Part shown: positions 38,419 to 49,132 of the stretch, piece after piece | How positions within the stretch are numbered: position 1 is the first letter of the stretch | Layout of the letters: each line of letters starts with the position of its first letter | Assembly (NCBI GenBank): GCA_016192455.1 | Contig: JACPUC010000026.1 | Location: forward strand, 198,821 to 262,820 | Direction: 5' to 3' | Source: Candidatus Tectimicrobiota bacterium | GTDB taxonomy: Bacteria; JACPUC01 | DNA length: 64,000 nt | The notes under the pieces: model-generated | Database searches by the model: none | What the model was told of the DNA's origin: nothing | What the model saw: only the letters and a program-made list of their open reading frames with translations | Position numbers and translations under genes: made by a program

Positions 38419-39152
38419 TCTCTCATCCTCCTCTTCCTTCGATTCGCGTTGCACGGGACCTCGCCCCCACTTGGGAACCTCTTCCCAGGCTGGCGAGCTA
38501 CACGACTGCTCCGGTCAAGCGTCTTGACCACACCCAGGAAGTACCGCTTTAACATCACCTCCTCCGGAAGTTATTCCAGTTTCTCCATTTTTTGGCTCAA
38601 AACATCAATTGAGCCCAATCACAGTAGCTAGCGCACGCGGAAGCACGACGTCACGCACGGGATGCCGGCTTATTGGCGACCGTGGGTCAGCACCGATCTC
38701 CGCGGTGGATCACCCCAGAGAGCGCCACCCAGAGGACCGACCGGGATCGCCAAAGATTGCCAATCCTATCCACCGCGCTCTTCTGCCTTCTCGGCTCACC
38801 AACGCCGTTCGGGGCCATTCTCCTCGGCGCACGGCTGGCCCAGTTCGACGTTGCCGTGCCGCTCCGTCGCCCCCAGCTCGCCAAGTGCCGGCGGTATGCG
38901 CCCGGTGAGCTGCGGGATGCGCATAAGGATGTAAGCCTTCCACGTTGCCACAGTAAACGCAAGTAAAATTTTTCCCCCTCCGCTGGAACCCTGTCCCAAG
39001 AGCTGCGCCGCAGATCGCCCCCTTCCCTCTTCCCGCCTGCCACCACCGCCGCGCCCCGCGCCAGGACTTCCCGTCGCTTTTGCCAATCTGGCGCCGCCTC
39101 AAAACGGTTAGCGGCCGCCGGGGATGCAGCGCGGTGCGGCGCTCGCACCGGC

Positions 39153-40178
39153 TCAGTTCGCGCCCACGAACGATTTCCCGTAGAAGCGCCGGGCGTTCTC
39201 CCCGAGGATGGCTCGCTTCGCAGAGTCGCTCAGCTCCTTGCGCTCGAGGATCGGCGCGGTGCAGTCAGGGTACGTCATATCCCAGTGCGGGTAATCCGAA
39301 GCGAAGAGAATCGCCTGCTCCCCCAGGTTCTCCACCGCGAACGGCATGGTCTCCTCTTCCGGCTCGCAAGAGAAGTAGATGCGTCCCCCCTTGACGTGCT
39401 CGCTCGGCATCACCTTCAGGTTCGGGGCCTCGACGGCGCGCTTCTCGTACTCCTCGTCCATGCGATCCATCCAGTAGGGCACCCAGCCGGCCCCCGCTTC
39501 CAGGAAGCCGAGTCGCAGGGTGGAGAAGCGATCGCAGATGCCGCTGAAGATCACCGCGGTAAGCTGCCGCATGATGGGCAGCGGATGGCCGCAGGTGTGC
39601 ACACAGATGAAGGCGTCGAACATCTCCGTCCCCGGCTCATCGCCGCCGCTGGCATGGATGGCCAGGGGCACGTTCAAGCGCTCTGCCTCCTCGTAAAGCG
39701 GGTAGAACTCCGAATTGCCGAAGCTTTTGGCGTGCCCATGCGCCGGCAGCATCCCCCCCACCAGCCCATGCTTCGTGACAGCGCGGTTGAGTTCGGCCGT
39801 GGCCAGCTCGCCGTTGGGCGGCAGGAGGGCCACCGCCGAAAGCCGCCCGCCCGCCTGGGCGCAGTGATCGGCAACCCAGTCGTTGTAAGCGCGGCAGAGC
39901 GCTGTGGCAAACTCCGGCTCGCGAATCTTGCCGATGAAGAGCCCAAGCGTCGGGTAGAGAACGGAGTGCTGGATCTTCGAGAGGTCCATATCGGCGAGCC
40001 GCTCCCGCACATCGGTGCCGGGCCTGCCCAGGGTGCCGCCCATTCTGCGGTCATACGACTCCATGGGGTAGAGCGGCGAGGAGCGCCGGCGGTAAGGCTC
40101 ATCCAGGTAGCCACGATAACAGACCTCCTCCAGGTCCATCGCATGTCCATCCGCGTCAATGATCGCGAACTCTCCCAT
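39153..40178 (-). CDS. amidohydrolase_2 family protein (decarboxylase/hydratase-like)
   Basis: IDADGH, CRAYNDW, LAIHASG, FLEAGAGW and FASDYPHWD. Confidence 0.88.
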   Translation of the reverse strand: MGEFAIIDADGHAMDLEEVCYRGYLDEPYRRRSSPLYPMESYDRRMGGTLGRPGTDVRERLADMDLSKIQHSVLYPTLGLFIGKIREPEFATALCRAYNDWVADHCAQAGGRLSAVALLPPNGELATAELNRAVTKHGLVGGMLPAHGHAKSFGNSEFYPLYEEAERLNVPLAIHASGGDEPGTEMFDAFICVHTCGHPLPIMRQLTAVIFSGICDRFSTLRLGFLEAGAGWVPYWMDRMDEEYEKRAVEAPNLKVMPSEHVKGGRIYFSCEPEEETMPFAVENLGEQAILFASDYPHWDMTYPDCTAPILERKELSDSAKRAILGENARRFYGKSFVGAN

Positions 40179-40407
40179 ACCGCGCTCTCCTCCCTCATCT
40201 CATCCTTGCTCGCCTTGCCGTTGGCGCCGAACTCTCCTATCGTAACCGGCGGCGGGCACGGCGCCCGCGCTTCTGGTCGATCCCCACCGCCTTGGGCGCT
40301 CCCCCCTCTCGCGCGCCTGGAGTCTCTCCCGCCACGGGAGCGCGCCTGACATAGTGTACTCTTTGGCGAGGAATTCTCAACTATTTCCTTTTCTCATAGG
40401 TGGTAAC

Positions 40408-41667
40408 GTGGATATTCAGGCTCTCCTGCGGACCGCACCCAGCGTCGATGAGGCGAGGCGGATTCTGCTCGAGGCGATAACACCGCTCGCCGAGGAGACG
40501 ATGCCGGCGAGGCAGGCGCTCGGCCGCTGCGTCCGCCGCTCGGTCCCAGCCCGCCTGAACCTGCCGGGATGGGCGAAATCGGGGATGGACGGCTACGCCC
40601 TGCGCGCCGCCGACAGCGCCGGCGCTTCGGCGGCGACGCCGCGCCGCCTCCCCATCGCCGGCACCGTCACCGCCGGCGGCGCGGCGATCGCCACCGTGCC
40701 CCCCGGGAGCTGCGCCCGCGTGATGACCGGCGGACTCCTCCCCGATGATCTCGACTGCGTCGTGCCGCTGGAAGACGCGCGCCGCGACGGGGAAAACCTG
40801 GTCCTCGAGCGGCCGCTGTCGCCGGGGACCTACGTGCGCGCCGCCGGCAGCGAGGTCGGCGCCGGCAGCGTGTTAGCGCCGGCCTGCCATGAGTTGACGG
40901 CGGAGCGCCTCGAGCTGCTCAGCTCGCAGGGCATCCTGGAGGTTGTGGTGGGAACGCGGCCGCGAGTGGCGATCTTCTCCACCGGCGATGAGCTTATCGA
41001 CCCCGACGCGCCAGGCGCGCCCTCTGCGCTGCCGCGCGGTTCCATCTACTGCTCGAACAACCACTACTTCGGGGCGCTGGCGGAGTCGGCAGGGGGACTG
41101 CCGTGGCTCCTCGGCACGGCGGTCGATGAGCGCGCCGTCATCGCCGCCAGGCTCGGGGAGGCCATGAGCGCCGAGGTCGTGCTCATCACCGGCGGCACGG
41201 GACTTGGCGATAAGGACCTGGCGGCGCCGGTCATGAAGGAGTGCGGCCTCGACCTCCTCTTCAAAAACGTGCGCATGCGGCCCGGCACCTTCATTGCCGT
41301 GGGACGGCGCGGCGCCACGCTCGTCTTCTCGCTCTCCGGCTACGCGAACGCCGCGGCCATCACCTACGAGCTGCTGGTGCGACCGGCGCTGCGCGCCCTG
41401 CAGGGCTTCGCTCCCCAGCCGGCGGTGGAGCTCGAGGCCGTCCTCGACTGCGACCTGCGCGCCCGCCCGGGACTCCCCACCTACCTGCGGGGCGTCCTAA
41501 GCTGGCGGCCCGGCGGTTGGCACGCCGACCGTTGGAAATCCGGCCACCCCGGCGCCGCCCCCCTCGTCAACGCCCTCATCGTCATGCCGCCCGAGCGTAC
41601 CCAGATGCGCGCCGGTGAGAAGGTCACCGCTATCCTGACGCATCCGGAGCGCGCGGTCTTCCAGTGA
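40408..41667 (+). CDS. moeA: molybdopterin molybdotransferase MoeA (divergent)
   Basis: SGMDGYALR, VMTGG and FSTGDEL. The usual PGNP motif reads SGYA. Confidence 0.82.
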   Translation: MDIQALLRTAPSVDEARRILLEAITPLAEETMPARQALGRCVRRSVPARLNLPGWAKSGMDGYALRAADSAGASAATPRRLPIAGTVTAGGAAIATVPPGSCARVMTGGLLPDDLDCVVPLEDARRDGENLVLERPLSPGTYVRAAGSEVGAGSVLAPACHELTAERLELLSSQGILEVVVGTRPRVAIFSTGDELIDPDAPGAPSALPRGSIYCSNNHYFGALAESAGGLPWLLGTAVDERAVIAARLGEAMSAEVVLITGGTGLGDKDLAAPVMKECGLDLLFKNVRMRPGTFIAVGRRGATLVFSLSGYANAAAITYELLVRPALRALQGFAPQPAVELEAVLDCDLRARPGLPTYLRGVLSWRPGGWHADRWKSGHPGAAPLVNALIVMPPERTQMRAGEKVTAILTHPERAVFQ

Positions 41668-41699
41668 TGGGCGTGACAAGCAGTCAGCGGGCAAGGTAG

Positions 41700-41890
41700 G
41701 GGCAAACCTGGAAAGAAGGCTTTTTGCGGGAGCCCCTTGCTCTCCCCCACCTGCCTATCGCCCCAGCCTGCTTGCGCGCTGCGCAGGCAAGTGGGGCAGG
41801 CAGGCACCCCCATTTGCTGCGAGCCGCGTGGCAATTCGCGTAAGGGAGGGGGAGGAGGAAGCGACCTCAGCCTGCGTCCCCCCTCGTCCT
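41700..41890. repeat. structured intergenic repeat between convergent genes, partly related to the MITE-like family
   Basis: CCCTTGCTCTCCCCCAC resembles the MITE core, followed by a CCTGCCT...AGGCAGG hairpin. Confidence 0.4.
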
Positions 41891-41893
41891 GCC

Positions 41894-43177
41894 TCACTCC
41901 TGGTCTTGCAGGAAGGCGTGGGCGAAGATGAGGGCGTCCCGCTCCAGGTACTCGAGGCGGCAGTACTCGTTCGGCTGGTGGCCGCTGTTGTCGCTCTGGC
42001 AGTAGACGACGGCGGGGTAGCCAGCCTGGCGCAAGTAAGTCGCCACCGTGCCGACGCCCATGCCGATGCGTCTCGGCTCGCGCGCCGCCACCTCGCGCAC
42101 CGCCTGCCGCACCGCCTGGTAGGCCGGCGCCTGTTCGTCGACCGCGGGCACGGAGGGGCGCGCCTGCACGAGGTTGATGTCGATCTCGACCGCCGCGCGC
42201 GCCGCCACGGCCGCGGCGATCTCACGCATGGCCGCGAGCACGGCGTCCAGGTCGTAGACCGGCAGGACGCGGCAGTCGAGGTAGAAGACGTCCGTGCCTG
42301 GAATCATGTTGATGTTGCCGATGTTGGCGTCGTGGCGGGTGGGCTCGAAGGTGCTCCGCGGCGGCTCGAAGAGGGGGTCGCTGGCCGGAAACCTGGCGTA
42401 GAGGTCATCGAGCGCCAGCACCAGCCGGGCAGCGGCGCGATGGCTGTTGCTGCCGAGGTGCGGCAGGCTGCTGTGGCATTGCGCACCGCGGACGGTGCAG
42501 CGCACCTGCAAGATCGCCTTCTCGGCCACCTCGATGCTGAAACCGGCGCCGCAGCCGGTGTCGGGGGCGATGACGAGGTCGCCCGGTGAGAAGAAGGCGC
42601 CGCGGCCCAGGACGTGGCTGATGCCGAACTGGTTCCCCGTCTCTTCGTCGGCGACGAAGGCGATGCCGACCGTGCGCCGCGGTGGCAGACCAAGAGCGCC
42701 TAAAGCTCGCAAGGCAAAGACAGAGGCCACGATCCCCTGGTGGTTGTCTTCCGCGCCGCGGCCGATGAGGCGGTCGCCGTCGGTGCGCAGCTCGTAGGGG
42801 TCCGCCTCCCAGAGCGACAGATCGCCCGGCGGCACGACATCGAGGTGCGACACCACCCAGGTGGCCGGGGGGCGGGCAGCGGAGGAGGAGGAAACCGCCC
42901 CGGAGCGCCCCGCCGCCGCGCGCCCCGACAGCCGCGCGGCGACGTTCGGCCGCTGCCCGGCGGGCACGCTCGCGTCAGGGGCGTGCGCCGTCTCGATGTC
43001 GCCGAGCCCGGCCTGCCGCAGGTAGTCGACGAGAAGCCGCGCCTTTTCCCATTCCCCCTCGCCGCCGTTGCGGGGCCCGATGGCGGGCACGGCGGTGAGC
43101 AGGCGCATGAGCTCGATCATCTCGCCGCGCCGCGCCTGCAAGAATCGCTGCACAGCGCCCAGGCGTTGCAACCCCAT
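41894..43177 (-). CDS. M20 family metallopeptidase (DapE/ArgE-like)
   Basis: VSHLDVVP, GRGAEDN, ADEETG and GAQCHSS. Confidence 0.88.
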   Translation of the reverse strand: MGLQRLGAVQRFLQARRGEMIELMRLLTAVPAIGPRNGGEGEWEKARLLVDYLRQAGLGDIETAHAPDASVPAGQRPNVAARLSGRAAAGRSGAVSSSSAARPPATWVVSHLDVVPPGDLSLWEADPYELRTDGDRLIGRGAEDNHQGIVASVFALRALGALGLPPRRTVGIAFVADEETGNQFGISHVLGRGAFFSPGDLVIAPDTGCGAGFSIEVAEKAILQVRCTVRGAQCHSSLPHLGSNSHRAAARLVLALDDLYARFPASDPLFEPPRSTFEPTRHDANIGNINMIPGTDVFYLDCRVLPVYDLDAVLAAMREIAAAVAARAAVEIDINLVQARPSVPAVDEQAPAYQAVRQAVREVAAREPRRIGMGVGTVATYLRQAGYPAVVYCQSDNSGHQPNEYCRLEYLERDALIFAHAFLQDQE

Positions 43178-43225
43178 ACGCCCTTCCTCACGCCGCCTCA
43201 GACGCTAGCCCCGCCAGGGCGACCG

Positions 43226-43430
43226 GTGGCGCTCACAAGTTTCATCCTAAAATCGACGTCTTCTTCGATCCATGCGAGGGGGAAAATTTGGTGTGGGAGA
43301 CCCTTGCTCCCCCACACCCCCATTCCCCGCGAGCGGTAGGGGCGGTTCGCGAACCGCCCTTACGATGAGGGGTGCGCGAGGGGGCGCGGCTCCCTCGCAA
43401 CTCAAGGCGATCAAACTTGAGAAGCAGCAC
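43226..43430 (+). mobile_element. MITE-like repeat, copy 4, with an internal GTAG REP at 43336-43363
   Basis: Ends GTGGCGCTCACAAGTTT / AAACTTGAGAAGCAGCAC; shared core CCCCACACCCCC...GGGGTGCGCGAGGGGGCG.GGCTCCCTCGC. Confidence 0.7.
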
Positions 43431-43431
43431 C

Positions 43432-45867
43432 CTACGCCGCCCCCTCCGCCTTGGCCGCCTGCATGAGATGCCAGAGGGAGTTGGGGGTGACGGGGAGCTC
43501 GTTGATTTCGATCCCCAGGGGGTGGAGGGCATCGTCCACCGCCGCCGCCAGGACGACGGGGGCCGACATGGTGCTGCTCTCGCCGCAGCCTTTCGAGCCC
43601 AGGACGGTGAACGGCGACGGCGTGACGATATGGTCGATGCTGATCGTCGGCGCTTCCACCGCCGTGGGGCAGAGGTAATCCATGAAGGTGGCGGCGAGGA
43701 ACTGGCCGTCGTCGGCATACTTCAGCTCTTCGTACATCGCTCCGCCGATGCCGTGCAGGGCGCTGCCGTAAATCTGACCTTCGACGAGGTTCGGGTTGAG
43801 GATGACGCCGCAGTCGTGCACCGAGGTGTAGTGCACGATCTTCACCTCGGCGGTCTCGGGGTCCACCTCCACCGCCATGACATCGGTGATGAAGCTGTAG
43901 GTGTTCGATGAATTAACGCGATCAAACTCATCGGGCACCGCGGCGGTGGGGAAGTTGAAGAGGTAGGTCGCGGCCAGGCCCGGCTCCATGTCCTTCGGCA
44001 GGCTGTCCGTGCTCCAGTGCGCCAGGCCGGCGAGGTCGCGCACGGAGAGGCCGCGCTTCGGCGTCCCCTTGACGCGGACGACGCCCTCCTCCAGCTCCAG
44101 GTCGTCGCGGCTTACCTCCAGGACGTGAGCCGCGATGCGGAACATCTTCTCCTTCACCTTGCGGGCCGCCATGGCGAAGGCGCTGGCTCCCACCGAGGCG
44201 AAGCGGCTGGAGTAGGTGCCGGTGGTGATGCTCCAGACGCGCGTGAAGGTGTCCATCTGCCCCTCGACGTGCACGTCCTCGATCGGCACGGTCAGCTCGT
44301 CGGCGACGATCTGCGCCACCGCCGTCTCGTGCCCCTGCCCTTCCGGCACGGTGTTGAGGAGGACGTGCACCTTGCCCAACGGGTCGATCTTGAGCTGGCC
44401 CGTCTCGCTCGAGCCCGATTTCGACTGGTAGCCCGCGGCGGCGCGCTCCTCCGGCGTCCAGGCGACGGTGATGTAGGCCATGTTGGTCACCGACGGATCG
44501 ACCGCCGTGCTGATGCCGACGCCGAAGAGGCGCCCTTCGGCGCGCGCCTGGCGTTGGCGCCGGCGCAGCTCCTCGTAGCGGCTCACATCAAGGGCCTTGT
44601 GCAGCACCGCCTGGTAGTTGCCGATGTCGTAGATGCCGCCGCTCGGCGTGGTGTAGGGGAACTCATCAGGGCGCACGAGGTTCTTCAGGCGCAGCTCGGC
44701 GGGGTCCAGGTTCATGGCCCTGGCCATCTTGTCGATGGTGCGCTCGATGCCGAAGTAGAGCTGCTGGCAGCCGTAGCCGCGATTGGGGCCGGTGGGCGAT
44801 TTGTTCGTGGTCATGGCGTAGCAGTCGAGCCGCAGGTTCCGGTGGCGGTAGCCGTTCGAGGAGTTGCCGGTGGTGCGGTAGAGGTTGGCCGGCTCGGGCG
44901 TGCGCAGGTAGGCCCCCTGGTTGTCGATGAACTTCGCCTTCATGCCGGTGATGGTGCCGTCGTTGGTGACCGCGATGTCCCAGTGGGCGGTGCGGTCGGC
45001 GCCGCTGCAGCTCGCCAGGAGGTGCTCGCGGCGGTCCTCGATCCACTTCACGGTCTGCCCGGTCTTCATCGCCATGATCGCCACCAGGACGATGTAGGGG
45101 TAGATGGAGACCTTGTTGCCGAAGCCGCCACCGATGTCCTGCGGCACGATGAAGCGCAGCTTGTGCTCCTGCAGCTTCAGGGCGCGCGCCGTCACCGGGT
45201 GCATGATGAACGGCCCGTGGAAGTTCGACCAAGCGGTCAGCACGCCGCTGAGGGGGTCATGGTGGGCCACGACCGCGAACCCCTCCATCGGTGAGGAGGT
45301 ATACTTCGGGTAGTAGTAGCTGCCGGAGAAGACCCGGTCGGCCTCGGCGAAGGCTTTGTCCACGTCGCCGTAGCTCAGCAGGCGGTGGTTCACCACGTTG
45401 CTGCCGACCTCCTCGTGCAGGACCGGCGCGCTCGCTTCGAGGGCTTTCACCTCGCTGACCACCGCCGGCAGCACCTCGTACTCCACCTCGATGAGGTCGA
45501 GGGCGTCCTCAGCCAGGTAGCGGTTGCTGGCGACGATCGCCGCCACCGGCTCGCCGACGAAGCGCGCCTTGTCCGTGGCGGTGCAGTAGTACTTCAGCGG
45601 CGCGGCGACCCCCAGGCCGAAGGGTCGGGTCATCCTCAGGACGTCCTCCGGGGTAATCGCCCCCAGCACCCCCGGCGCCGCCAGCGCCCGGCTCGCGTCG
45701 ACGCGCTTGATGCGGGCATGCGCGTGGGGGCTGCGCAGAATAGCCAGGTGCCGCACGTTCGGCAGCGGCAGGTCATCGACGTACTGGCCGCGGCCGGTCA
45801 GCAGGCGGGGATCCTCCAAGCGCTTCATCGGCTGGCCAACCCATTTCTTTCTGCGTTCGCTCATCAT
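43432..45867 (-). CDS. xanthine dehydrogenase family molybdopterin-binding large subunit (orphan)
   Basis: EDPRLLTGRG, DIGGGFGNK, PNRGYG and SKGCGE. No adjacent FAD or Fe-S subunit. Confidence 0.88.
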   Translation of the reverse strand: MMSERRKKWVGQPMKRLEDPRLLTGRGQYVDDLPLPNVRHLAILRSPHAHARIKRVDASRALAAPGVLGAITPEDVLRMTRPFGLGVAAPLKYYCTATDKARFVGEPVAAIVASNRYLAEDALDLIEVEYEVLPAVVSEVKALEASAPVLHEEVGSNVVNHRLLSYGDVDKAFAEADRVFSGSYYYPKYTSSPMEGFAVVAHHDPLSGVLTAWSNFHGPFIMHPVTARALKLQEHKLRFIVPQDIGGGFGNKVSIYPYIVLVAIMAMKTGQTVKWIEDRREHLLASCSGADRTAHWDIAVTNDGTITGMKAKFIDNQGAYLRTPEPANLYRTTGNSSNGYRHRNLRLDCYAMTTNKSPTGPNRGYGCQQLYFGIERTIDKMARAMNLDPAELRLKNLVRPDEFPYTTPSGGIYDIGNYQAVLHKALDVSRYEELRRRQRQARAEGRLFGVGISTAVDPSVTNMAYITVAWTPEERAAAGYQSKSGSSETGQLKIDPLGKVHVLLNTVPEGQGHETAVAQIVADELTVPIEDVHVEGQMDTFTRVWSITTGTYSSRFASVGASAFAMAARKVKEKMFRIAAHVLEVSRDDLELEEGVVRVKGTPKRGLSVRDLAGLAHWSTDSLPKDMEPGLAATYLFNFPTAAVPDEFDRVNSSNTYSFITDVMAVEVDPETAEVKIVHYTSVHDCGVILNPNLVEGQIYGSALHGIGGAMYEELKYADDGQFLAATFMDYLCPTAVEAPTISIDHIVTPSPFTVLGSKGCGESSTMSAPVVLAAAVDDALHPLGIEINELPVTPNSLWHLMQAAKAEGAA

Positions 45868-46309
45868 TGCCCCCCTCGTCATGCGCCTCGTCGAGATGGA
45901 GATTGAAGCATCCGTCGCCGCCCGCGCCTCCGCCGGGAACCTGGGTCGCGCGCCAGGCGCTTGCGATCCAGACCTACCTTGTCGCTGATATAGCCCGAAT
46001 ATATCTCATTTCACACTGCCAGTGAACCCAGGCCTCCAAGCCGGCGCTGCGTAAGCAGATGAAGCCTCCACCGCGCGCGGCCCACCCCATGAGACGCCGC
46101 CGGCACCCCGCCCGCGCCGGGGCGGCGGCTCCGTTGCAGGGTCGGAGCGCGGGGGCTATAATTGATCGGGAGTAGGGCGAGGAAACCTCCCGCGCACGGG
46201 AGGTCCCATGCCGCCGCGATGCTGGCGCGGCCTTCATGTGCGTTCCTTATAGATCAGCACCATATCGCCACGTTCAGCCGCAAGCGGCTGATTTGTCTGA
46301 AAGCTCCGC

Positions 46310-46942
46310 ATGCTCATCGAGACCTTTCCCGTCGGCCCGTTCCAGTGCAACTGCACCATCCTGGCCGACGATGCGACGCGGGAAGCGATCATCATCGACC
46401 CCGGCGACGAGCCGGAGCAGATTCTCGACATCGTGCGGGTGAACAACCTCACGGTGCGCTACCTGATCCACACGCACGCGCACATGGACCACATCCTCGG
46501 CACGCGACGGGTGAAGGAGGCGACCGGCGCGGCGATCCTCCTGCACCGGGCCGACGAGTGGCTCTACCGCAACCTGCGGATGCAGGCCTCAATGTTCGGG
46601 GTTGAGGTGAACGACCCGCCGGCCATCGACGCCTACCTTGAGGATGGCCAGGCGGTGACCTTCGGCGCCGGCGGCGAGGCGCGCGTCATCCACACCCCGG
46701 GACACAGCCCGGGCAGCGTCTGCTTCCGCCTGCGCGACGAGCAGGAGATCCTCTTCTCCGGCGACACGCTCTTCGCCCAGGGGATCGGGCGCACCGACCT
46801 CTGGGGCGGCTCCTTCGAGACCCTCATGCGCTCCATCCGCGATCGCCTCCTGATCCTGGATGATGAGACGCTGCTGCATCCCGGCCATGGGCCAAGCAGC
46901 ACCGTGTGGCAGGAGAAGCGCCGCAACCCCTGGCTGCAGTGA
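46310..46942 (+). CDS. MBL-fold metallo-hydrolase (glyoxalase II-like)
   Basis: THAHMDH, HTPGHSPG, FSGDTLF..IGRTD and HPGHG. Confidence 0.92.
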   Translation: MLIETFPVGPFQCNCTILADDATREAIIIDPGDEPEQILDIVRVNNLTVRYLIHTHAHMDHILGTRRVKEATGAAILLHRADEWLYRNLRMQASMFGVEVNDPPAIDAYLEDGQAVTFGAGGEARVIHTPGHSPGSVCFRLRDEQEILFSGDTLFAQGIGRTDLWGGSFETLMRSIRDRLLILDDETLLHPGHGPSSTVWQEKRRNPWLQ

Positions 46943-47256
46943 GGCACGGCGGGATGCGCGGCGGAACAGCCGGTGGTCGGGCGGACCGCCAGCCCCGCGG
47001 CCGGGCCGCGGCTCCCTGTCGCCGGTAGCCGCGCGGCAGGCTGGCTCGTCGCGCGCGGCGCTCGTGCCCTCGTGCGGGGGGCGGGCCGTGGTCCCGTGCT
47101 GCAAACGGAATGGATCGGAGGCGCTCTCGCGCCCCACCATGTTGAAATCGAGTCGCAAGAGGCCCGTCATGACGGCCTGACGCGTTGGGCAGCGTGGCAG
47201 CGCCTGCCGTGCTCCTCGCAGTCGTTCTTGGCATTCAGGGTGAAGGAGTGTGCCGA

Positions 47257-47658
47257 ATGAACATCACGTTCGTCAATCCAGAGAGCATGTCGCCCCCGCA
47301 TGGCTTCTCCCATGCCGTGAAGACAATAGCCCAAACGACGCTCTACATTGCCGGGCAGGTCGGCTCCGGCAAGGATGGCGTCATTCAACACCGCGGCGAC
47401 CTCGTCGGCCAGTTCGAGCTCACCCTGCAAAATATCAAGACGCTGGTGGAGGAGGCCGGCGGCAAGGTTGAGCACATCGTGAAGATGAACCTCTACACGA
47501 AGGATGTGCGCCAGTATGTCAGCAAGCTGCGAGATCTCGGGGGGGTCTACCGCAAGTATTTCGGCAAGCACTTCCCGGCCATGACCTTGGCGGGGGTGAC
47601 GGACCTCTATAACGAGGGGGCGCTGATCGAGATCGAGGCGGTGGCGGTGCTTGACTAA
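47257..47658 (+). CDS. RidA (YjgF/YER057c/UK114) family protein
   Basis: GFSHAV, LYIAGQVG, FPAMTL and LIEIEAVA. Confidence 0.88.
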   Translation: MNITFVNPESMSPPHGFSHAVKTIAQTTLYIAGQVGSGKDGVIQHRGDLVGQFELTLQNIKTLVEEAGGKVEHIVKMNLYTKDVRQYVSKLRDLGGVYRKYFGKHFPAMTLAGVTDLYNEGALIEIEAVAVLD

Positions 47659-47840
47659 GGCCTAACCTTGGCGATACGGTAGGAGCGCGACGCAACGGAG
47701 CGCGAGCAAAGGTTCGAGAAGGCCGCCGTGCAGTCCGCGCGGCGGGGGAGCGACGAGGCCGGCTCCCGGGGCCGGCGCGGTTCTCTCTCCGAGGCGACGC
47801 CAGAGTCAGGCGTGTCGCCGGTCGTCATCTCGCGTGGGGT

Positions 47841-49076
47841 ATGAACATGGCAGATTCAGCGCAGGACAACAAGCCTCTCCGCGGCATCCGCGTGGTCAGC
47901 ATGGAGCAACAGGTCGCCGGTCCTTACTGCACGCAGATGCTGGCCCACCAGGGAGCCGAGGTCATCAAGATCGAACGACCGGGCAGCGGCGACTCGAGCC
48001 GCGAGATGGCTCCCATCCTGAAGAACGACAAGGGCGAGGTGAACAGCGGCTACTTCATGCGCTTCAACCTCAACAAGAAGAGCATCACCCTCAACACCCG
48101 CTCGGACGAAGGCCGGGAGATTTTCAAGGGTCTGGCGCGGCAGGCGGACGTGATCGTCGAGAACTTCCGCCCCGGCATGATGCAGAAGCTGGGGATCGGC
48201 TACGACGTCCTGAGCAACCTCAACCCCCGCCTCATTTACGCCAGCATCAGCGGCTTCGGCACGCTCGACCAGTACAAGGGACCCTACAGCGACCGTCCCG
48301 CCTATGACATCGTCTCGCAGGCGATGGGCGGGCTGATGCACGTCTGCGGGCAGGCCGGCGGTCCCCCCACCTGGCTTGGCATCGCCCTGGGCGACATCTA
48401 CTCCGGCGTCATGGCCGCCTACGGCATCACCCTGGCGCTCATCCACCGCCAGCATACCGGCGAGGGGCAGTACCTCGACATCTCCATGTACGACAACATG
48501 GCCTCGCTTGCCGAGCGCTACCTCGTGGCCTACTCGCTCACCGACCAGGTGATGTCGCGCGGCAAGGAGAAATTCATCGCCCCCTGGGGACCGTTCCAGG
48601 TGAAGGACGGTTACGTGGCCCTCATCGTCGCCACCGAGAGCGACTGGGCGAAGTTCTGCACCGCCATCGGCCACGACGAGCTGATCGGGCACGAGAAGAC
48701 CAAGTCCGGCCCGGCGCGCGCCGCGAACATGGAGAGCTTCATCGGCCCCATCATCAGCGAGTGGTTCATGCAGCATACGAAGCAGGAGGTCACCGAGATA
48801 CTCCTGCGGGACGGCATGCCGGTCGGCCCGGTGCAGGACCCCAGGGAGGTCTTTGAGTGCCCGCACATCAAGGCCCGCGACCTCATCGTGGAGACGAACG
48901 ACCCCATCGTTGGTCCCGTGAAGCTCATCGGCTCGCCGCTGAAGCTGTCGAAATCGCCGGAGCAGCTCACCGAGCCGGTGCCCAGTCTCGGCCAGCACAC
49001 CGATGAGGTGCTCCGCACTCTCCTCGGCTACTCCGCCGAACAGATTGCCAAGGCCCGCCAGGCCGGCGTGGTGTAA
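47841..49076 (+). CDS. family III CoA-transferase (CaiB/BaiF)
   Basis: AGPYCTQMLA, VIKIERPG, NLNKKSITL, ENFRPG and GFG..G..S.RPAYD. Confidence 0.92.
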   Translation: MNMADSAQDNKPLRGIRVVSMEQQVAGPYCTQMLAHQGAEVIKIERPGSGDSSREMAPILKNDKGEVNSGYFMRFNLNKKSITLNTRSDEGREIFKGLARQADVIVENFRPGMMQKLGIGYDVLSNLNPRLIYASISGFGTLDQYKGPYSDRPAYDIVSQAMGGLMHVCGQAGGPPTWLGIALGDIYSGVMAAYGITLALIHRQHTGEGQYLDISMYDNMASLAERYLVAYSLTDQVMSRGKEKFIAPWGPFQVKDGYVALIVATESDWAKFCTAIGHDELIGHEKTKSGPARAANMESFIGPIISEWFMQHTKQEVTEILLRDGMPVGPVQDPREVFECPHIKARDLIVETNDPIVGPVKLIGSPLKLSKSPEQLTEPVPSLGQHTDEVLRTLLGYSAEQIAKARQAGVV

Positions 49077-49132
49077 CTGTCGTGGAGGAGTTGAAGAGCC
49101 GTTCCACGGCGGCGCCTGAAGGAGATGATCCC

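Noticed and set aside
41700-41730. c-di-GMP-I riboswitch-like start (GGCAAACC...GAAA)
   Set aside because: Lacks the GACGCAAAGC segment and second stem, and lies between convergent genes.
43432-45867. Aerobic CO dehydrogenase CoxL
   Set aside because: The active-site loop is PNRGYG rather than AYRCSFR or AYRGAGR, and no coxM/coxS is adjacent.
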